A stretch of DNA of 64,000 nucleotides from an uncultured Gemmatimonadota bacterium (GTDB taxonomy: Bacteria; Gemmatimonadota; Gemmatimonadetes; Palauibacterales; Palauibacteraceae): assembly GCA_964518305.1 (NCBI GenBank), contig CAZFDK010000005.1, positions 8,826-72,825 on the forward strand, in the 5' to 3' direction. Made by a program: the position numbers and the translations under genes. Below, one piece after another: positions 40,628 to 50,601 of this stretch (the stretch's first letter is position 1; each line of letters opens with the position of its first letter). The notes under the pieces are model-generated. The model was not told where the DNA came from, made no database searches, and saw only the letters and a list, made by a program, of their open reading frames with translations.

Positions 40628-42433
40628 TCACGAGCCACCTCCCAGGGGATCGGAGAGGTGGCAAGCGAGGCACACCTGCCGGTTACGGTCGGCGTACCGC
40701 TGGGCGTCGAAGTCCGGTCCGTGGGGGCTCACGCTGAACGCTCCCGTGGTCGAATGGCACTGGATGCAGTCTCTCTGTCGATGGCAACTGGCGCAGCTCT
40801 CGAGCGACTGGCGGGCCGCCTGACCGTGGCGCAGGAGCCAGAGGGGCTGGGCGTCGTGGAATCCCGGTCCGATGCGCCCGCTGCTCCCCATGCCGGTCTG
40901 CTGGTGACACTCCCGGCAGAACGCTCCCGTGCTGTGGCACGTGGAGCATTCCATGCGGTTCCCGTACGCCGCGGAGGCGTGACGGGCCATGAAGTTCTCC
41001 GGGTGGAAGCCGCCGGGCTCGCTCCGCGCCGCGGGGCCGGGCCACGGCGCCCCGTCCGAATCGGCCGACGAGCTCGTGTCCGCGGCCGTGGTGTCGGTGT
41101 GGGTCGTGTCCGCGGCCTGGGCCCGCGCGCCCGCCGTCGACCCCCCGGCGGCCGGGCCTCCCTCCGCGCCAGCCGTGGCGGCGGGCGAGGCGACCGCCGG
41201 AAGCTCCCGGCGCTGCCCGGCTTCACGGGCATCGGCCACACCGCCGGCGTGACAGTCGGTGCAGGAGGCCTCCGTGTGGCAGGAGGTGCAATTGCCGGGG
41301 TCGGCGGCTGCCAGGTCGCCGTGGGCCGTGGGGAAATCGGGCACGCGGTGCGAGGCCGGGGCGCGGCGCTCCACCGCGACCCCGGGGGCGTCCGTGCGAC
41401 GTCCGTCCGGCAGCCGGGCCACGGTGGAGGACGGCGCGTCGCGGTGGCAGGTCGTGCAGCTCTGCCGCGTGTGACAGGTGGAGCACTCGCCGGGTCGAGC
41501 CCGCTCGCCGTGGACGTCGAGCCATCCCTCCGACTCGTGTGTCTCCGGCGTCGGATAGCGGGCGGCGAGGTCGGGGAGTTCCATCCCGGCCGGTGCGGCG
41601 GGCATCGAGGCCACCGTCTCGCGCTCCGCCCCCTCCACGTGGCAGCTGGTGCAGCGCTCCTGAGTGTGGCAGGTCTGGCAGGTAGCCAGGGAGCGCTCCG
41701 CGGACTCGCCGTGAGTTTCGATCAGAAAGCCGCCCCGGTCGTGGTCGGCGGGTTCCGGCAGGGAGGCGATGCGACCGCGGTCGAATCCGGTCTCGGCCAG
41801 GGGACGGTGGCAGGTGGCGCAGCTGGCGTCCACGTAGTGCTTCGTCGCCTCGTGCTCGTGGCAGCTCAGGCACCGGTTCGGGACGGCCCGACCGGTGACG
41901 GCCATGCGTGTCGCCCCCGCCGGTGTGTGGCACGACTCGCAGGAGGCGGCCTCCTCTCCTTCCCGCTCCATCTCGGCGGCGTGGTCGGCGTGGTCGTAGA
42001 TCAGGTTGCCCGGCCGACGCTCCGGTCCCGACCACTCCACCCGCTCCGCCTGCTCGCCGTCGTGGCAGTTGGCACAGGACTCCGGATTCGGGTAGAAGGT
42101 CGCCGTGTCCCCCCGGCTGATGCCCCCGTGACAGCCCGTGCACAGCGCGAAGAGCCCGGCATGGTCCTCGTGCGGGAAGGCCTCCGAGGTGTCGGCGCTG
42201 ACCGTATCGGGCCCGCCGGCCCGGGCCGGCGGGCGCCTCTCCGTCCCACTCGGGGACGCCGCGGCCGCGGACGCTGCGTCGCTTCCGGCGTGCGCCACCG
42301 ATGCCACGAGGGCGGCGACCCCCAGCGCCAGAGCTCCGGCCGAGAGACGCACGGAGATTCGGTCCCGCACCTTCACCGGCGGCTCCCGTCCAGGGCTGGG
42401 TCGCCACCCAGGTCCAGGCGGAGAGTGCTCCAT
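40628..42433 (-). CDS. Large multiheme c-type cytochrome (~16 CxxCH motifs), secreted
   Basis: CxxCH: CTGCH, CANCH, CESCH, CLSCH, CATCH, CQTCH, CTSCH, CSTCH, CTTCH, CTSCH, CTDCH, CSTCH, CRECH, CASCH, CIQCH, CLACH. Signal peptide '…RISVRLSAGALALGVAALVASVAHA'. ATG start at 42433 (60-nt overlap with the porin gene); an alternative GTG at 42376 overlaps the porin stop as GTGA. Confidence 0.85.
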   Translation of the reverse strand: MEHSPPGPGWRPSPGREPPVKVRDRISVRLSAGALALGVAALVASVAHAGSDAASAAAASPSGTERRPPARAGGPDTVSADTSEAFPHEDHAGLFALCTGCHGGISRGDTATFYPNPESCANCHDGEQAERVEWSGPERRPGNLIYDHADHAAEMEREGEEAASCESCHTPAGATRMAVTGRAVPNRCLSCHEHEATKHYVDASCATCHRPLAETGFDRGRIASLPEPADHDRGGFLIETHGESAERSLATCQTCHTQERCTSCHVEGAERETVASMPAAPAGMELPDLAARYPTPETHESEGWLDVHGERARPGECSTCHTRQSCTTCHRDAPSSTVARLPDGRRTDAPGVAVERRAPASHRVPDFPTAHGDLAAADPGNCTSCHTEASCTDCHAGGVADAREAGQRRELPAVASPAATAGAEGGPAAGGSTAGARAQAADTTHTDTTAADTSSSADSDGAPWPGPAARSEPGGFHPENFMARHASAAYGNRMECSTCHSTGAFCRECHQQTGMGSSGRIGPGFHDAQPLWLLRHGQAARQSLESCASCHRQRDCIQCHSTTGAFSVSPHGPDFDAQRYADRNRQVCLACHLSDPLGGGS

Positions 42434-43908
42434 CCGCGGAGCTGGTTCCAGTCGACGGCGCTCGGGCGGTTGTCGAAGTACTGTCGGTACATCGAGACGC
42501 CCGTGTCCAGCCGCACGTCGTCCAGGGGACGGATCTCCAGCGACGCGGTGCCCCCGGCCAGCATGCCCTCTCCGATGCGGTACTCCTCGATCTGCTGACT
42601 CGCCGTCAGGCTCATCCGCAGCGCCACCAGGTCGAAGGGCTGCCACCGTCCGCCCAGCTCGCCGGAGCTGAGAAAGGCCCCGGCTCCCCGCTCGACCCGG
42701 TAGCGGCCGCGGAGCCGGAGATCCGCGGTCGGCGACCACTGTCCGGAGGCGGAGGCGAACCACGCGTTGTCCTCCACGGGGCCCAGGCTGGGCTCCGTAT
42801 CGGTGTCATCGTAAGTCCGTGCACCGCCGCTGATCTCCAGGCCGAGCTCCGGCGTGACCGACCAGGAGGCGCCGAGCTGCCCTTCGTGATAGGCCACCGG
42901 GCTGAACAAGCCCCATATGGTCCAGAGCTCGAAATACGGCATGTAGCGGCGCCCGCGTGCCTCGAGGACCAGGTCACCGGTCACCGGCACCCTGGCCGAG
43001 AGCCGAGACTTGCCGATTTTGCCCCGGGCGAAGTCGTAGTCCATGGAGCCCGTGAGGCGGATCGGATTCAGGAGGGACGTCCGGCCGTCCAGCGAGGCCC
43101 TCTCCGAGAGCAGCGCGGCCCGATTGGACAGGATCTCCCTCTGGTAGCGGGCCGTGAGCGAGCTCCCGGCTCCGGCTTCCGCGGTGGCGGCGCCCCCGAT
43201 GAGCCAGGCCTCCCTGTCCGGCAGGAAATCCTCCACGCCCTGCAGGGCGTCGTTCCGCGGATCGTGCAGTCCGCGGGCGAGGCTCCGGCCGCCGTAGACT
43301 TCGAGCGAGAAGCCGCCCAGGGGCTCCGCCATGACGCTGGCCCCGTCGTAGCTGGCGAACCCCAGGCCGGCGCGCGTGCGCTGGCGCCCGAGTCGCACGC
43401 GCAGGTTCGGGCGATTGTACTGGGCGTACGCGACGATGGCGTCGAACGAGTCGTCGCTCTGGGGCCAGGTGAAGTCGCCCCCCACGTCCTGCCTGCCCCG
43501 CACGTGAACCGTCGCCGAGAGACCCTCCAGCCCGAAGCCCCAGGCGGTGAACCGGAGGTCCTGGGTGGTGTGGAGCGCGTGCTCGGTAGGGGTGGAGCGA
43601 TAGAAGGTGCACCGGCCGGCGGTGCACGTCACCGGCCGCCCCTGGTAGGAGAGTCCGCCCCCGGGAAGCTCCGTCACCTGGCTTCGCGCCACCGTGTCCT
43701 GGACGATGGGCCGTACCTCCACGGTCCGGGCCGTGGCCCAGGCCTGCCCCCGGAAGTCCTGCGCGTCCGCGGCTCCGGGGAGTAGTGAAAGCGCCAGCAC
43801 CGCCAGGAGCAGGGAGGGTGCGGCCGACCGCGGCGTCGCCGTCGACCCGGTCGTGGCGCGAGGATGGCCGTCCGGGGGCAAGTGGCGGTCGGCGGAGTGT
43901 GCTGTCAC
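42373..43908 (-). CDS. Outer-membrane beta-barrel protein, candidate porin of a porin-cytochrome (MtrB/OmbB/PioB-like) complex
   Basis: 511 aa. Signal peptide (…LLLAVLALSLLPGAADAQD). Long alternating beta-strand sequence rich in G/S/T/Y/R with C-terminal aromatic strands. Embedded between multiheme cytochrome genes with 4-nt overlaps. Confidence 0.65.
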   Translation of the reverse strand: MTAHSADRHLPPDGHPRATTGSTATPRSAAPSLLLAVLALSLLPGAADAQDFRGQAWATARTVEVRPIVQDTVARSQVTELPGGGLSYQGRPVTCTAGRCTFYRSTPTEHALHTTQDLRFTAWGFGLEGLSATVHVRGRQDVGGDFTWPQSDDSFDAIVAYAQYNRPNLRVRLGRQRTRAGLGFASYDGASVMAEPLGGFSLEVYGGRSLARGLHDPRNDALQGVEDFLPDREAWLIGGAATAEAGAGSSLTARYQREILSNRAALLSERASLDGRTSLLNPIRLTGSMDYDFARGKIGKSRLSARVPVTGDLVLEARGRRYMPYFELWTIWGLFSPVAYHEGQLGASWSVTPELGLEISGGARTYDDTDTEPSLGPVEDNAWFASASGQWSPTADLRLRGRYRVERGAGAFLSSGELGGRWQPFDLVALRMSLTASQQIEEYRIGEGMLAGGTASLEIRPLDDVRLDTGVSMYRQYFDNRPSAVDWNQLRGWSTLRLDLGGDPALDGSRR

Positions 43909-44645
43909 GGCGTGTCACCTCCTTCGACCGGCGGCATCAGGTGACAGCGGGCGCATCGCTCGCGGGGCCGGTGGTCCGCCTGGTCCTGGTGGCAGGCGAG
44001 ACAGACGTTCCGCGGGCTACGGTCCATCGTTCTCGTGTTCACCGGCAGGGAGGTGGCCTCGTGGCAGCCGCTGCCAGTGCAGGTGGCGTGGACGGCGAGC
44101 GTGTGGCTCTCCTCCGGGGCTTCCCGGTGACAGGATGCGCAGTCGACCTCGGCTCCGTGGTGCTCCTCGTGGCACCCGGTGCACTGGACCGAGGCGGCCG
44201 AGAGCTCCGTCCCCCCTGTATGGCACTCGGCGCACTCGATGCTCTCGTGCGATGCGTGGCCGAAGGGGAGATCCCTTCCGCGAACCGTGTCCACGGACAT
44301 CGGCAGGTCCCTGGTCACCGGGTACGATCCCGCCGCCTCGAGCTCCGAGCGCTCGTGGCAGTTCGCGCAGGGCTCGGCGGTGGATCCGGAGTGGTGGCAG
44401 GAGCGGCATCCGCGGATCGAGGTGACCGTGAGCGTGCCGTGCCCCTCCTCGGTGGAGTGGCAGTCCGTGCACGCCACGTCCGTGTGCCCGGCGTGCCGGA
44501 AGGGAACCGTGTCCCCGTCGGCGACGAACGTCGTATCGCCGGCACCTGCGTCCTCCTGGGCCGCGGCGGTGCCCGGGAGGAGCGCCGCCGCAGCGAGGAC
44601 GGTCAGGAGATAGGGGAGCGCCCCCCCGCTTCCGAAATGACGCAC
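43905..44645 (-). CDS. Periplasmic multiheme c-type cytochrome (8 CxxCH; OmaB/MtrA-like position)
   Basis: Signal peptide MRHFGSGGALPYLLTVLAAAALLPGTAAAQ. CTDCH, CRSCH, CANCH, CAECH, CTGCH, CASCH, CLACH, CARCH. 246 aa, ~1 heme per 28 aa. Confidence 0.85.
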   Translation of the reverse strand: MRHFGSGGALPYLLTVLAAAALLPGTAAAQEDAGAGDTTFVADGDTVPFRHAGHTDVACTDCHSTEEGHGTLTVTSIRGCRSCHHSGSTAEPCANCHERSELEAAGSYPVTRDLPMSVDTVRGRDLPFGHASHESIECAECHTGGTELSAASVQCTGCHEEHHGAEVDCASCHREAPEESHTLAVHATCTGSGCHEATSLPVNTRTMDRSPRNVCLACHQDQADHRPRERCARCHLMPPVEGGDTP

Positions 44646-44670
44646 GTCACCGATCGCCGCTCCCGCGAAG

Positions 44671-46245
44671 TTACTGGGAGCTGCTGACGTTTACGGTGGG
44701 GGGAGCCTCCATCTGGGGCTCGAGGCTCAGGTTCACACCCAGCCCGTACTGCTCGTTCACCGCGGTGATGGACGCCCGGAGCAGCGCCTCCAGCAGGAAG
44801 GGGTTGTGGACGCCGTTGCCGCTTCCCTTGTGGGAGCCGAAGTGGGTGGGGTTCGATCCCACGGTGAAGTCACCCCACTGCAGCCGGTCGTCGGTGTGAG
44901 CCACCTGCGCGTTCCACAGCGCGCCCTCCGCGATTGTGAAGGTGCTGTCGGCCGGGTTGATCTCGGCCTCGCCCGAGTCGGCCAGCACCTGCGTCAGGAG
45001 CCCGGAGTCGTCCTCCTCGAGGACGTGGTCGCCGTCGGTGTCCGTCCACAGCTGGTCCATGAGGTCGTTGATCCTGTTCTTCGACGTCACGAACAGGTTG
45101 CGTGCCGTCTCGGCGGAGCCGTGGCAGCCGCTCGTCGCGCACGCGTCAAAGCTCTGCTCCTGGATCGTGCAGTCCTCCTTGGGCAGACCCTGGTCGTCCA
45201 GGCAGGGCGTGGCCTCGAAGGTGTGGCCCACGGCCTCGACCTGGAAGTTGCCCTCTTCGTCTGTGATGGTGCGCTGCGCGACGTGGCAGGTGGCGCAGAG
45301 CTCGGGGTTGCCCTCGGAGCCGTGCGACGAAGCGAAGGTCCCGCTCAGGTCCGTGTTCGGGGGAATCCAGCCGACGTCCTCGCCGATTACCAGGTTGCCC
45401 TGGAAGGCGTGCGGGCCGTGCAGGTTCGGCGACGTCAGGCCCGGCGTGCCGCGCCGCGAGTGGCAGCGCACGCAGAGGTTCTCCTCGCTCGGAACGTCGA
45501 TCGGTGCCCGGAGCTGCGCGACATTGTCAGAGCCGTGCGGGTCGTGGCAGGTGGCGCAGGTGATGGACGAGAGCTGATCATCGTCCTTGCCGGCGAAGTT
45601 GGCGTCCACGCCGAACTGGTTCTGCATGGCGGCCTCGCCCTCGTGGCAGTCCAGGCAGGAGCCGCTGACGAAGCCGAAGTCCTTCACGGAGGCGATGCCG
45701 TGGGCGGACTGGGCCCACTGGTTGGTGAAGGGATGGTGGGCGCCGGAGTGGCACTCACCGCAGCCGGTCTCGAGATCCACACCGGCCTGAATGCTGGCCA
45801 GGGGCTGGTTGCCATCCGGGTTCTCGACGTGGCTCTGGCCGGGCCCGTGGCAGGATTCGCACTGGACGTCGTGGTAGCGCTCGGAGTCGACGCCATCGTA
45901 GCCGGCCGCGCCTTCGAAGGAGTTGCCCCGCTCGTTGACGGTGTGGCAGCCCTCGCAGAAGTCCTGCACGCCGTCGCTCTGCTGCAGACCTTCCCATGCC
46001 CCGGCGTGTCCGGACCCCTCCCACTGGCTCTGGGTGCCGGAGTGACAGTTGCCGCAGACGGTGACCTTGGCGTCCTGCTGGCTGTAACCCAGGAAGCCCT
46101 CGGCCGCGGAGGCGGGCTGCTCGAAGAGGGGACGTTCCTGGAAGACGACCTTCTCGTCCACGCAGCCGGTCACCGCGAAGGCCGCGGTCAGCGGGAGGAG
46201 AAGCAGGGCGACTTTCAGGGTTCGCTTTGCGTTCTCCGGAGTCAT
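44671..46245 (-). CDS. Lipoprotein multiheme c-type cytochrome (OmcB-like outer-membrane cytochrome candidate)
   Basis: Start at internal ATG 46245 (MTPENAKRTLKVALLLLPLTAAFAVTGC = lipoprotein signal) with SD GGAGGGAG. CxxCH: CGNCH, CEGCH, CESCH, CGECH, CLDCH, CATCH, CVRCH, CATCH, plus CATSGCH (Cx4CH). Confidence 0.85.
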   Translation of the reverse strand: MTPENAKRTLKVALLLLPLTAAFAVTGCVDEKVVFQERPLFEQPASAAEGFLGYSQQDAKVTVCGNCHSGTQSQWEGSGHAGAWEGLQQSDGVQDFCEGCHTVNERGNSFEGAAGYDGVDSERYHDVQCESCHGPGQSHVENPDGNQPLASIQAGVDLETGCGECHSGAHHPFTNQWAQSAHGIASVKDFGFVSGSCLDCHEGEAAMQNQFGVDANFAGKDDDQLSSITCATCHDPHGSDNVAQLRAPIDVPSEENLCVRCHSRRGTPGLTSPNLHGPHAFQGNLVIGEDVGWIPPNTDLSGTFASSHGSEGNPELCATCHVAQRTITDEEGNFQVEAVGHTFEATPCLDDQGLPKEDCTIQEQSFDACATSGCHGSAETARNLFVTSKNRINDLMDQLWTDTDGDHVLEEDDSGLLTQVLADSGEAEINPADSTFTIAEGALWNAQVAHTDDRLQWGDFTVGSNPTHFGSHKGSGNGVHNPFLLEALLRASITAVNEQYGLGVNLSLEPQMEAPPTVNVSSSQ

Positions 46246-46798
46246 GACCTGCTCCCTCCTCTGTATTCCGTCTCGCGGCGTCCCGTACGGTGTCGCGTCC
46301 GGAACGCCCTCTCTCCCTCCTGGCCACCGTGCGCAGGGTACCGGAACCGCGACCCGACGGACACGATCCCGGCTCACAGTGTGGGCGGAAGCGAAGCTAA
46401 GCAAGCCCTCTGTCCTGCTTCAACCGACTCCCGTCGCGCCGGCCGGAACGGAGGCTACCTCGCGCTCCCGTCGCCGGGAGCCGGCCGGAACCCTGCGCGC
46501 CACCAACGATAGCCCGATCGGCGCGCGTGTCATGTCGGGAGCCCCCGGTGCGGGTTCGTGGGAAGACTCCCCACGTCGACGAAGGCCCTTGCCGGACCCC
46601 CACCGTCCGCTGAGGGGAGGCTTCCCACACGCCTGCGGCGGATTACACCACACCTGCCTCCGTGCGGGCCCCGACAGACGCTTTACGTCGACGTCTCTAG
46701 CTTGCGGTGCGAGCTTGAGGACGGGCCGGATCCGACGCCCGGCGCGCCCCCCGAGCGGCGCGAGCCGCCGGAACGTCCATCATCCCCGGGAGGCACCG

Positions 46799-47983
46799 AT
46801 GTTCGTCCCCAACGAGTACGGCTGGAAGAAGGACGAGACCCTGGCCGAGAACCTGGAGCGCCAGGGCATCAACCGCCGGGAGTTCCTGACATACTGCGGA
46901 GAGATGGGCGTGGTCCTCGGGGTCGGGAGCGCCATGGGGCCCACCATCATGCAGTCCCTCTCCGACCAGCAGCGGCCCAGCGTCATCTGGCTTCAGCTGC
47001 AGGAGTGCACGGGATGCGTGGAGAGCGTCCTCCGCACGGAGTCACCGACCATCGGGGACCTGATCCTGAACAAGCTGTCGCTGGACTATCAGCACACCCT
47101 GATGGCAGCCGCCGGACACCGGGCCGAGGAGGTTCTCCAGCGGACCATGGAGGAGAAGGAGGGAGAGTACCTCCTCGTGGTCACCGGATCGGTGCCGATG
47201 AACGACGGCGGCGTCTACACCACCGTGGGAGGGCGGACTGCACACGACGTGCTCGTGGAGGCCGCCGACGGTGCCGCCGGTGTGATCGCCGTGGGCGCTT
47301 GCGCCCATTACGGAAGCGTCCAGGCCGCTGATCCCAACCCCACGGGCGCCGTCCGGACGGACGAGATCGTCACCGACCAGCCCGTGGTGAACATCGCCGG
47401 GTGTCCGCCGATCGCGGACACCGTCACGGCAACGCTGGTCCACTACCTGACCTTCGGGAGCATGCCGAGCCTCGACGGGGAGGGGCGGCCAGAGTTCGCC
47501 TACGGGGCACGGATCCACGACCAGTGTCCGAAGCGCGCCAACTACGACGCCGGGCAGTTCGTCCAGGAGTTCGACGACGAGGGGGCCCGACGGGGCTGGT
47601 GCCTGTACGAGGTCGGGTGCAAGGGGCCCGCGACCTTCTCGCCGTGCCCCATCTTCCAGTGGAACTCCGGCACGGACTGGCCCATCGGGGCCGGTCACCC
47701 GTGCATCGGATGCACGGAGCCGCACTTCTGGGACTCGATGACCCCGTTCTACGAGAGGCTTCCCGGCGTGGCCGGATTCGGGGTCGAGCGCACGGCCGAC
47801 GAGATCGGCCTCGGCCTGGCCGTCGGAGCCGCCGCGGGCGTCGGAGCTCACGCGGTCGCTACGGGCGTGCAACGCGTGCGTGATAAGAGAAAGGGACGAG
47901 AGCTGCCGGTGGCGGACGAAGACGGCGGTGAGAGCTCGCCCGGAGCCGAGGGTGGCGAATCGAACGCGGAACAGAGGGAGTGA
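46799..47983 (+). CDS. hyaA: [NiFe]-hydrogenase small subunit, Tat-exported, with C-terminal membrane anchor (group 1-like uptake hydrogenase)
   Basis: Twin-arginine signal 'INRREFLTYCGEMGVVLGVGSAMG'. Fe-S cluster Cys motifs (ECTGC…, GCPP…, CPIFQW…HPCIGC). C-terminal hydrophobic helix. Confidence 0.92.
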   Translation: MFVPNEYGWKKDETLAENLERQGINRREFLTYCGEMGVVLGVGSAMGPTIMQSLSDQQRPSVIWLQLQECTGCVESVLRTESPTIGDLILNKLSLDYQHTLMAAAGHRAEEVLQRTMEEKEGEYLLVVTGSVPMNDGGVYTTVGGRTAHDVLVEAADGAAGVIAVGACAHYGSVQAADPNPTGAVRTDEIVTDQPVVNIAGCPPIADTVTATLVHYLTFGSMPSLDGEGRPEFAYGARIHDQCPKRANYDAGQFVQEFDDEGARRGWCLYEVGCKGPATFSPCPIFQWNSGTDWPIGAGHPCIGCTEPHFWDSMTPFYERLPGVAGFGVERTADEIGLGLAVGAAAGVGAHAVATGVQRVRDKRKGRELPVADEDGGESSPGAEGGESNAEQRE

Positions 47984-47986
47984 CCC

Positions 47987-49825
47987 ATGCCGAACCGAGT
48001 CGTCGTCGACCCGATCACCCGAATCGAGGGGCATCTCCGGATCGAGGCCCAGGAGGAGAACGGGCGGATCCAGGACGCCTGGGCTTCGTCCACCCAGTTC
48101 CGCGGCATCGAGACCATCATGGAGGGGCGGGACCCGCGTGACGCCTGGGCGTTCACCCAGCGGATCTGCGGGGTGTGCACCGTGGTGCACGCCATCGCCT
48201 CCCTCCGCGCCGTGGAGGACGCCCTCGACATACGGATCCCGCCGAACGCCAACCTGATCCGGAACATCGTCCACGGCATCCAGACCATCCAGGACCACGT
48301 GATCCACTTCTATCACCTCCACGCCCTGGACTGGGTGGACGTGATGAGCGCCCTCGAGGCCGATCCGGCGGCGGCAGCCGACCTGGCCGGAAAGGTGTCG
48401 CCCTGGCCGAAGCACTCCCGCAACTACTTTCGCGAGATCAAGGGGCGCCTGGAGACGTTCGCGGAGAGCGGACAGCTGGGGATCTTCGCGAACGCCTACT
48501 GGGGGCACGACGCCTACAAGCTGCCCCCGGCCGCCAACCTCATGGCCGTGGCCCACTACCTGGAGGCGCTGGACTGGCAGCGGGATGTCATTCGGATCCA
48601 CACGATCTTCGGGGGCAAGAACCCGCACCCGAACTTCGTGGTGGGCGGGATGGCTTCTGCCATCAACCTGGACGACACGGCCACCATCAACGCCGAGAGC
48701 CTCACGGACATTCACGACATGATCGGCCGCGCCCGGCGCTTCGTGGAGCAGGTGTACTGGCCCGACCTGCTGACCATCGCCTCCTTCTACAAGGAGTGGG
48801 CCGCGATCGGTGACGGGGTGCCCAACTACCTGGCCTGCGGCGAGTTTCCCGAGAACGACGTCCGGGACATCGACTCGCTCTACTTTCCCCGGGGCATCGT
48901 CCTCGACAACGACCTGTCCACGGTGCACGAGTACGACCCCTCTCTGGTGAAGGAGTATGTGGACAGCTCCTGGTACAGCTACGAGGACGGTCCGGGCACG
49001 GGGCTCCACCCATACGACGGCGAGACGACGCCGAACTACACGGGGCCGGAACCGCCCTACGACTACCTGCAGGACGAGGAGAAATACACCTGGATGAAGG
49101 CTCCCCGCTACGAGGGGCGGCCCATGGAGGTCGGCCCGCTGGCGAGGATGCTCGTCGGGTACGCCTCCGGCCACGAGGACATCCAGGACGTCGTCGACGA
49201 CGCCCTCGGTCGGCTGGACGTCGGTCCCGAGGCCCTGTTCTCCACCCTGGGCCGGACGGCTGCGCGCGGTGCCGAGACCGTGCTCCTCGCCCGGAAGATG
49301 GAGGACTGGTACGACCGGCTGGTGCAGCGCATCCGGGGCGGCGACACCCGGACCTTCAACGGCGAGAAGTGGGAGCCGGACACGTGGCCGGAGTCGGCCC
49401 GCGGGTACGGCTACTGTGACGCCGCCCGCGGATCGCTGGGCCACTGGGTACGGATCGAGAACCAGGAGATCTCCCGCTACCAGTGCGTGGTCCCCAGCAC
49501 CTGGAACTGCTCCCCGCGAGACGCCGAGGGGCAGATGGGCCCCTACGAGGCCTCGCTGGTGGACAATCATCCCCTGGCCGATGCCGAGGAGCCGGTGGAG
49601 CTGCTGCGCACGATCCACTCCTTCGACCCCTGCATGGCCTGCGGCGCCCACGTCCTGGACGACCGCGGGAACGTGGTCACCAAGGTGCGGGTGGACCACG
49701 GCACCGGCCTGGGCTTCGGGAGTCCCCCGGACGTGCCCGAGGACGATGTCGGGCGGCCGTCGGACGACGACGCTACCCCGGCCGCGGCCACGCCGGACGC
49801 CTCGGAGGGGGGAGGTGGGTCGTGA
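47987..49825 (+). CDS. hyaB: [NiFe]-hydrogenase large subunit
   Basis: N-terminal 'RIEGH' and 'RICGVCT' Ni-Fe ligands. C-terminal 'DPCMACGAH' followed by a cleavable extension (VLDDRGNVV…). Confidence 0.95.
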   Translation: MPNRVVVDPITRIEGHLRIEAQEENGRIQDAWASSTQFRGIETIMEGRDPRDAWAFTQRICGVCTVVHAIASLRAVEDALDIRIPPNANLIRNIVHGIQTIQDHVIHFYHLHALDWVDVMSALEADPAAAADLAGKVSPWPKHSRNYFREIKGRLETFAESGQLGIFANAYWGHDAYKLPPAANLMAVAHYLEALDWQRDVIRIHTIFGGKNPHPNFVVGGMASAINLDDTATINAESLTDIHDMIGRARRFVEQVYWPDLLTIASFYKEWAAIGDGVPNYLACGEFPENDVRDIDSLYFPRGIVLDNDLSTVHEYDPSLVKEYVDSSWYSYEDGPGTGLHPYDGETTPNYTGPEPPYDYLQDEEKYTWMKAPRYEGRPMEVGPLARMLVGYASGHEDIQDVVDDALGRLDVGPEALFSTLGRTAARGAETVLLARKMEDWYDRLVQRIRGGDTRTFNGEKWEPDTWPESARGYGYCDAARGSLGHWVRIENQEISRYQCVVPSTWNCSPRDAEGQMGPYEASLVDNHPLADAEEPVELLRTIHSFDPCMACGAHVLDDRGNVVTKVRVDHGTGLGFGSPPDVPEDDVGRPSDDDATPAAATPDASEGGGGS

Positions 49826-50601
49826 CTGCTCAGCGGCAGCAGGAGGAAGCCGGCCGTCGCGCCACGCACGAGCCCGAGCGGACGGAGCAGCCCGGCCTGG
49901 GCCCCATCCCCCGTCCGCCGGAGGGCGATTACGAGTGGGTCTACCTGTGGCACTGGCCGATCCGCGCCATGCACTGGGTGGCCGCCGTGGCCATCGTGGC
50001 CCTCGTCGTCACGGGATTCTACATCGGAGCGCCCTATTTCATGACCACCGGCGAGCCGGCGAACCAGTACCTGATGGGGTGGATGCGATTCGTCCACTTC
50101 GCGGCCGCAGGCCTGCTGGTGGCCACCGGGATCGTGCGGGCCTACTGGCTCTTCGTCGGCAACAAGTTCGAGAGCTGGCGAGCCCTGTTCCCGTTCCGGC
50201 GGGAGGACTGGGCCAACATGTGGAAGATCGTGAAGCACTACATGCTGATCGGGGAGGAGGAGCCGGAGTACATGGGCCACAATCCGGTCCAGCAGATTTC
50301 CTATACCGGCCTGTACGCCGTGACCGTCGTGATGGTGCTCACAGGCTTCGCCATGTACGGCCAGTCGAATCCCGACGGCTTCTTCTACGCCACCTTCTCC
50401 TGGGTCAACGGGCTCCTGGGCGGCGTGCAGTACACCCGCTTCGTGCATCACGTCCTGACCTGGGTCTTTCTCATCTTCATTCCGATTCACGTCTACCTGA
50501 CCATCCGGGCCGAGATCACGGAATCCACCGGCACGGTCTCGTCCATGGTGAGCGGCGGGCGGTTCCTGCCGCGGGGCGAGGAGTTCGTCGATGAGGAGTG
50601 A
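49822..50601 (+). CDS. hyaC: Ni/Fe-hydrogenase b-type cytochrome subunit
   Basis: GTG start overlapping the hyaB stop (GTGA). Four TM helices with conserved His (…WHWPIRAMHWV…FVHFAAAG…VHHVLTW…). Confidence 0.85.
   Translation: MTAQRQQEEAGRRATHEPERTEQPGLGPIPRPPEGDYEWVYLWHWPIRAMHWVAAVAIVALVVTGFYIGAPYFMTTGEPANQYLMGWMRFVHFAAAGLLVATGIVRAYWLFVGNKFESWRALFPFRREDWANMWKIVKHYMLIGEEEPEYMGHNPVQQISYTGLYAVTVVMVLTGFAMYGQSNPDGFFYATFSWVNGLLGGVQYTRFVHHVLTWVFLIFIPIHVYLTIRAEITESTGTVSSMVSGGRFLPRGEEFVDEE

Noticed and set aside
47042-49699. 885-aa ORF on the minus strand
   Set aside because: Antisense to the [NiFe] hydrogenase small and large subunit genes, which carry unmistakable conserved motifs.
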